Positions 59,475 through 64,000 of a DNA stretch of 64,000 bases are shown here, one piece after another; within the stretch, counting starts at the first letter, position 1; each line of letters starts with the position of its first letter. This DNA is from Mobula hypostoma (Eukaryota). The notes beneath the pieces are model-generated. The model saw only the letters and a list, made by a program, of their open reading frames with translations. It made no database searches and was not told the DNA's origin. A program made the translations under genes and the position numbers. Where the stretch lies: contig NC_086108.1 of assembly GCF_963921235.1 (NCBI RefSeq), forward strand, positions 64,048,001 through 64,112,000, given 5' to 3'.

Positions 59475-61112
59475 GTTCAAAGTAAATTTATTATAAAAGT
59501 ACATATATATCATCATGTTCAACCCAGAGATGAATTTTCTTGTGGGTATACTCAATAAATGCATAAAATAATAACCTAAACAGAATCAATAAAAGATCGT
59601 ACCAACTTGAGCATTCAGCCAGTGTGCGAAAGACAACAAACTGCAAATACAAGAAAGGAAGAAAGAAAGAATAACAATAAATAAATAAACAATAAGTATC
59701 GAGAACATGAGATGAAGAGCCCTTGAAAGTGAGTCCATAGGTTGCTGGAACGTTTCAATGATGAACCAAGCAAGTGAAGTTCAGTGAAGTTATCCCCTTA
59801 GTTCAAGAGGCTGGTGGTTGAGGGGTAATAACTGTTCCTGAGCCTGGTAGTGTGAGTCCTGATTCTCCTGTACCTTCTTCCTGACAGTGATAGTGAGAGG
59901 ACAGCATGTCCTGGGAGCTGATGATGGATGCTGCTTCCCTGCGACAGCATTTTGTGTCGAATGTGCTCAATGATGGGGAGGGCTTTACCCCGGAAAGACT
60001 AGGCTACATCCATTACATTTTGTAGGATTTTTTATTCAAGGACATTGGTGTTTCCATACCAGGCTGAGATGCAACGAGTCAATGTACTGCCAACGACACA
60101 TCTATATATGTTTGTCAACGTTTTAGATGACATGCCGAATCTTCACAAACTCCGAAGGAAGTAGAGACACCACAGTGCTTTCTTTGTAATTGTGCTTACA
60201 TGAAGGGTCCAGGACAGTTCCTGCAAAATAATAACACCGAGGAATTTAAAGTTGCTGACCCTCTCCACCTCTGATCCTCCAATGATTACTTGCTCATGGA
60301 CCTCTGGTTTCCTTCTCCTGAAATCAACAATCCGCTCTTTGGTTTTGCTGACACTGAGTAAAAGGATGATGTTATGGCACCACTCAGCCATATTTTCAAT
60401 CTCCCTCCTTTATGCTGATTCATCACTACCTTTGATTTGGCTTATGACAGTGGTGTCATTAACAAATCCGAATATGGCATTGGAGCTGTGCTTAGCCTCA
60501 CAGTCATAAGTGTAAAGTAAGCAGAGCAGGGGCTAAGCTCACAGACTTGTGGTGCACCTGTGCTGATGGAGATTGGGGAGGAGAAGCTGTTGCGAATCTG
60601 AACTGACTGGGATCTGTTAGATTAGATTAGGTTAGATTATGAGGACACTCAGTCTTCATTTATTGTCATTTAGAAATGCATGCATTAAAAAATGATACAA
60701 TGTTCCTCCACAAAGATATCACAGAAACACAGGACAAACCAAGACTAAAAGTGACAAAACCACGTAATTATAACATATAGTTACAACAATGCAAAGCAAT
60801 ACTGTAATTTGATAAAGAGCAGACCATGGGCACCGTAAAAGAAAGTCTCAAGTCCCGATAGCCCCATCATCTCATGCAGACGATAGAAGGGAGAAACTCT
60901 CCCTGCCATGAACCTCCAAGCGCCTCAAACTTGCCGATGCAGCACCAGGAAGCAGCCGACTGCAGCCGACTCTGAGTGAGGAAATCAAGAATCCAATTGC
61001 ATAGGGATGTCTTGAGGCCAAGGTCTTGGAGCTTATTGATAAGCTTTGAGGAGGTGATGGTATTGAATGCTGAGCTGCAGTCAATAGGGAGCATCCTGTT
61101 GTATGCTGATTG
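59475..61112 (-). mobile_element. Rex1 LINE nested in the + copy
   Basis: [45 protein letters not shown] tail. Confidence 0.88.
60617..60970 (-). mobile_element. Non-coding retroposon fragment with (TAATC)n tail nested in Rex1
   Basis: Interrupts Rex1 GGATCTG|AGTGAGGAAATC; TCTG at both junctions. Confidence 0.6.
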
Positions 61113-62460
61113 GCACACAACAAAAACTCCCCACTGTCACATTATTCTTACTGACAGAACCACTCCATAACAGAAACACCTAGCAAATAAGGACACATGT
61201 CAGAATGCTGTTTCTGGATTTGAGTTCAATATTCAACACGATTGTTCCACGGACCTCGGTGAGCAAACTCCTACCCCTCGGTCTAAATACACCACATGTG
61301 CAGCTGACTGTTGGACTTCCTAACCAACAGATCTCAGAGAGTCAGGATGCACCACCGCTCCTCCCTCCCCATCATCCTCAACATTGGTGCCCCCCAGGGC
61401 TGTGTGCTGAGCCCACTGCTGTACACTCTGCTCACACACGTCTGCATGGCCAAACACCCAAGTAATCACATGGCCAAGTTCGCTGATGACAGGACAGTGA
61501 TGGGACACATCACCAACAATGATGAGATGGCCTACAGAGAAGAGGTGGAAGACCTTGGTGTCAGGAAAATAGCCTCTTCTTTGGTGTCAACAAGACAAGC
61601 AAATTGGTTATTGCCTTCAGGGGAACTCACAACATCAAACCCTCTTTACGTCGGTGGCACAGCAGTAGAAACAGTGAGCAGTTTCAAACTCCTGGGAGTG
61701 CATATGTTAACCAACCTCTCATGGTCTCAGAACATATCCTACACAAACAGGAAAGCTCTCCAAAGCCTGCACTTCTGAAGAGACTGAATAGAGCTGGATG
61801 ATGCACACCAATACTCACGTCATTCCACAGATGCGCAGTAGAGAGCATCTTAACACGCTGCATCACTGCTTGGTTTGGGAATTGCACTGCAGTGGACAGG
61901 AAGCTCTACAGTGGGTAATAAAAACTGCCCAATATATCACCGACACCAGCCTAGCCGCCATCTAGGACATATATACAGAAAGGTGCTAGAAAAGTGCCAG
62001 TCTCTTCATGAAAGGTCCTACCCACCCTGCTCATAGACCGCTTGTTCCACTCCCATCAGGGAGAAGGCCACGTAGCATCCACTCCACAACCACCAGACTC
62101 AAAAACAGTTACTTTTCCCAAGCACTATGGCTGATTAACACCTCCACCCACCAAACCAACCCTCCATGTCCCCAAGCATCACTACTTTATTATTTCCTGT
62201 CAGTCACCTTATATATAGACACTCCTGGGCCAAGCATCACTTTATGGGCATACAATCAATCTACGTATGTAAGCTATCTTAAGAATTTATATTTATCGTA
62301 CTTTTTATTATTATTGTTGTGTTCATTATCGTTTGTGCTTTTTGTGCTGCATCAGATCAGGAATAACAATTATTCCATTCTCCTTTACACTTGTGTACAG
62401 AAAATGACATTAAACCATCTTGAATCTTGAATTACCAGTACACAAATGGATGTGAATTAA

Positions 62461-62584
62461 GTAACATGTGTGAGTACTACACATTTCAGGGAGTAACAAG
62501 TGTGCATACTGCACATTTCAGGGAGTAAGTGTGCATACTGCACATTTCAGTGAGTAACAAGTGTGAGTACTGCACATTTCAGTG
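62461..62584. repeat. Minisatellite, about 4 units of 29-32 bp
   Basis: GTAACAAGTGTG(CA/AG)TACTGCACATTTCAG(G/T)GA repeated. Confidence 0.85.
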
Positions 62585-62593
62585 CACAGCATC

Positions 62594-63622
62594 TGACTAG
62601 TGGGGTACCGCAAGGCTCAGTGCTGGGACCCCAGTTGTTTACAATATATATTAATGACTTGGATGAGGGAATTAAATGCAGCATCTCCAAGTTTGCGGAT
62701 GACACAAAGCTGGGTGGCAGTGTTAGCAGTGAGGAGGATGCTAAGAGGATGCAGGGTGACTTGGATAGGTTGGGTGAGTGGGCAAACTCATGGCAGATGC
62801 AATTTAATGTGGATAAATGTGAAGTTATCCACTTTGGTGGCAAAAATAGGAAAACAGATTATTATCTGAATGGTGGCCGATTAGGAAAAGGGGAGGTGCA
62901 ACGAGACCTGGGTGTCATTATACACCAGTCATTGAAAGTGGGCATGCAGGTACAGCAGGCGGTGAAAAAGGCGAACGGTATGCTGGCATTTATAGCGAGA
63001 GGATTCGAGTACAGGAGCAGGGAGGTACTACTGCAGTTGTACAAGGCCTTGGTGAGACCACACCTGGAGTATTGTGTGCAGTTTTGGTCCCCTAATCTGA
63101 GGAAAGACATCTTTGCCATAGAGGGAGTACAAAGAAGGTTCACCAGATTGATTCCTGGGATGGCAGGTCTTTCATATGAAGAAAGACTGGATGAACTGGG
63201 CTTGTACTCATTGGAATTTAGAAGATTGAGGGGGGATCTGATTGAAACGTATAAGATCCTAAAGGGATTGGACAGGCTAGATGCAGGAAGATTGTTCCCG
63301 ATGTTGGGGAGGTCTAGAACGAGGGGTCACAGTTTGAGGATAGAGGGGAAGCCTTTTAGGACCGAGGTTAGGAAAAACTTCTTCACACAGAGAGTGGTGA
63401 ATCTGTGGAATTCTCTGCCACAGCAAACTGTTGAGGCCAGTTCATTAGCTATGTTTAAAAGGAAGTTAGATATGGCCCTTGTGGCTACAGGGGTCAGGGG
63501 GTATGGAGGGAAGGCTGGGTTCTGAGTTGGATGATCAGCCATGATCATAATAAATGGCGGTGCAGGCTCGAAGGGCCGAATGGCCTACTCCTGCACCTAT
63601 TTTCTATGTTTCTATGTTTCTA
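62594..63622 (+). mobile_element. Young 5'-truncated CR1, near-identical to 31599-32628
   Basis: Open frame SGVPQGSVLGP...GYGGKAGF; (GTTTCTAT)n tail. Confidence 0.96.
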
Positions 63623-63936
63623 TATCAACATAACAAAGTAATGCAAATCTACAGTAAAATTTGGATTATTCCTTATGCTTTTGCAAAAATACAGTGTCAT
63701 AATATAACCAACCGAAAAAGAAGAGATCTAAAAAAGAAGAAAACTAAAAAGGAAGTAAAGTGAGAAGATAATCTTGCTTTATTAAATCAGTATTGTTTCA
63801 GGAAGAAGGAAAACAAACAAGTATAGGCCAGACAGTTCAAAATTCATTGTTAACAAATTAGTAGAGATAATGATTAAGGAAAAAGCGATTGAACAGATTG
63901 ATGTTTTTCAGTTGATCAGTGAGGATGTGTATAGAC

Positions 63937-64000
63937 TGTTACGTACCCTGTAACTGGGTTGCCAAACCAGCAGAAATGGACCAATTAGTTGGAGTCTGGA
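63937..64000. mobile_element. Possible LTR terminus running off the window
   Basis: TGTTACG start with a shift to higher GC; other end not visible. Confidence 0.4.

Larger units (their letters stand above)
59215..62432 (+). mobile_element. Rex1 LINE (+; 59215-59470 and about 61170-62432) containing a nested minus-strand Rex1
   Basis: KAAGQPGNIPGRVL; MLFLDLSSIFNTI; IGAPQGCVLSPLLY; KFADD; TTGAATCTTGAA tail. Confidence 0.85.

Noticed and set aside
62461..62584. ~30-bp repeats as a CRISPR array
   Set aside because: Head-to-tail units with no unique spacers, eukaryotic context, no cas genes
62563..62593. Novel N-terminus (MSTAHFSAQHL) on the CR1 RT ORF
   Set aside because: GTG start from flanking minisatellite; chance read-through

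Overview
AT-rich eukaryotic DNA made almost entirely of nested transposable elements. The repeat mix (CR1 LINEs with TTCTATG-type tails, Rex1/Babar LINEs, Penelope-like GIY-YIG elements, V-domain SINEs, Tc1/mariner/Tigger) suggests a cartilaginous fish, probably a ray; this is inference. Nearly all long ORFs are retroelement RT, endonuclease, integrase or transposase remnants. Signals beyond the ORF track: (1) two in-frame + strand candidate terminal exons of an unidentified host gene (4592-4807, 5443-5561), whose 5' edge appears split by a Rex1 insertion that supplies a replacement in-frame acceptor; (2) about eight minimal type I hammerhead ribozyme motifs at Penelope termini, including a 119-bp ribozyme-only insertion with a perfect 14-bp TSD; (3) a non-autonomous Helitron with canonical termini (38085-41863) hosting a Penelope and a Tigger; (4) two inverted copies of a ~1.1-kb solo LTR; (5) a chromodomain-bearing Gypsy remnant split by a near-full-length CR1; (6) a minus-strand cluster of splice signals near 18.2-18.8 kb. 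Boundaries of old, degenerate repeats are approximate. No database searches were run.
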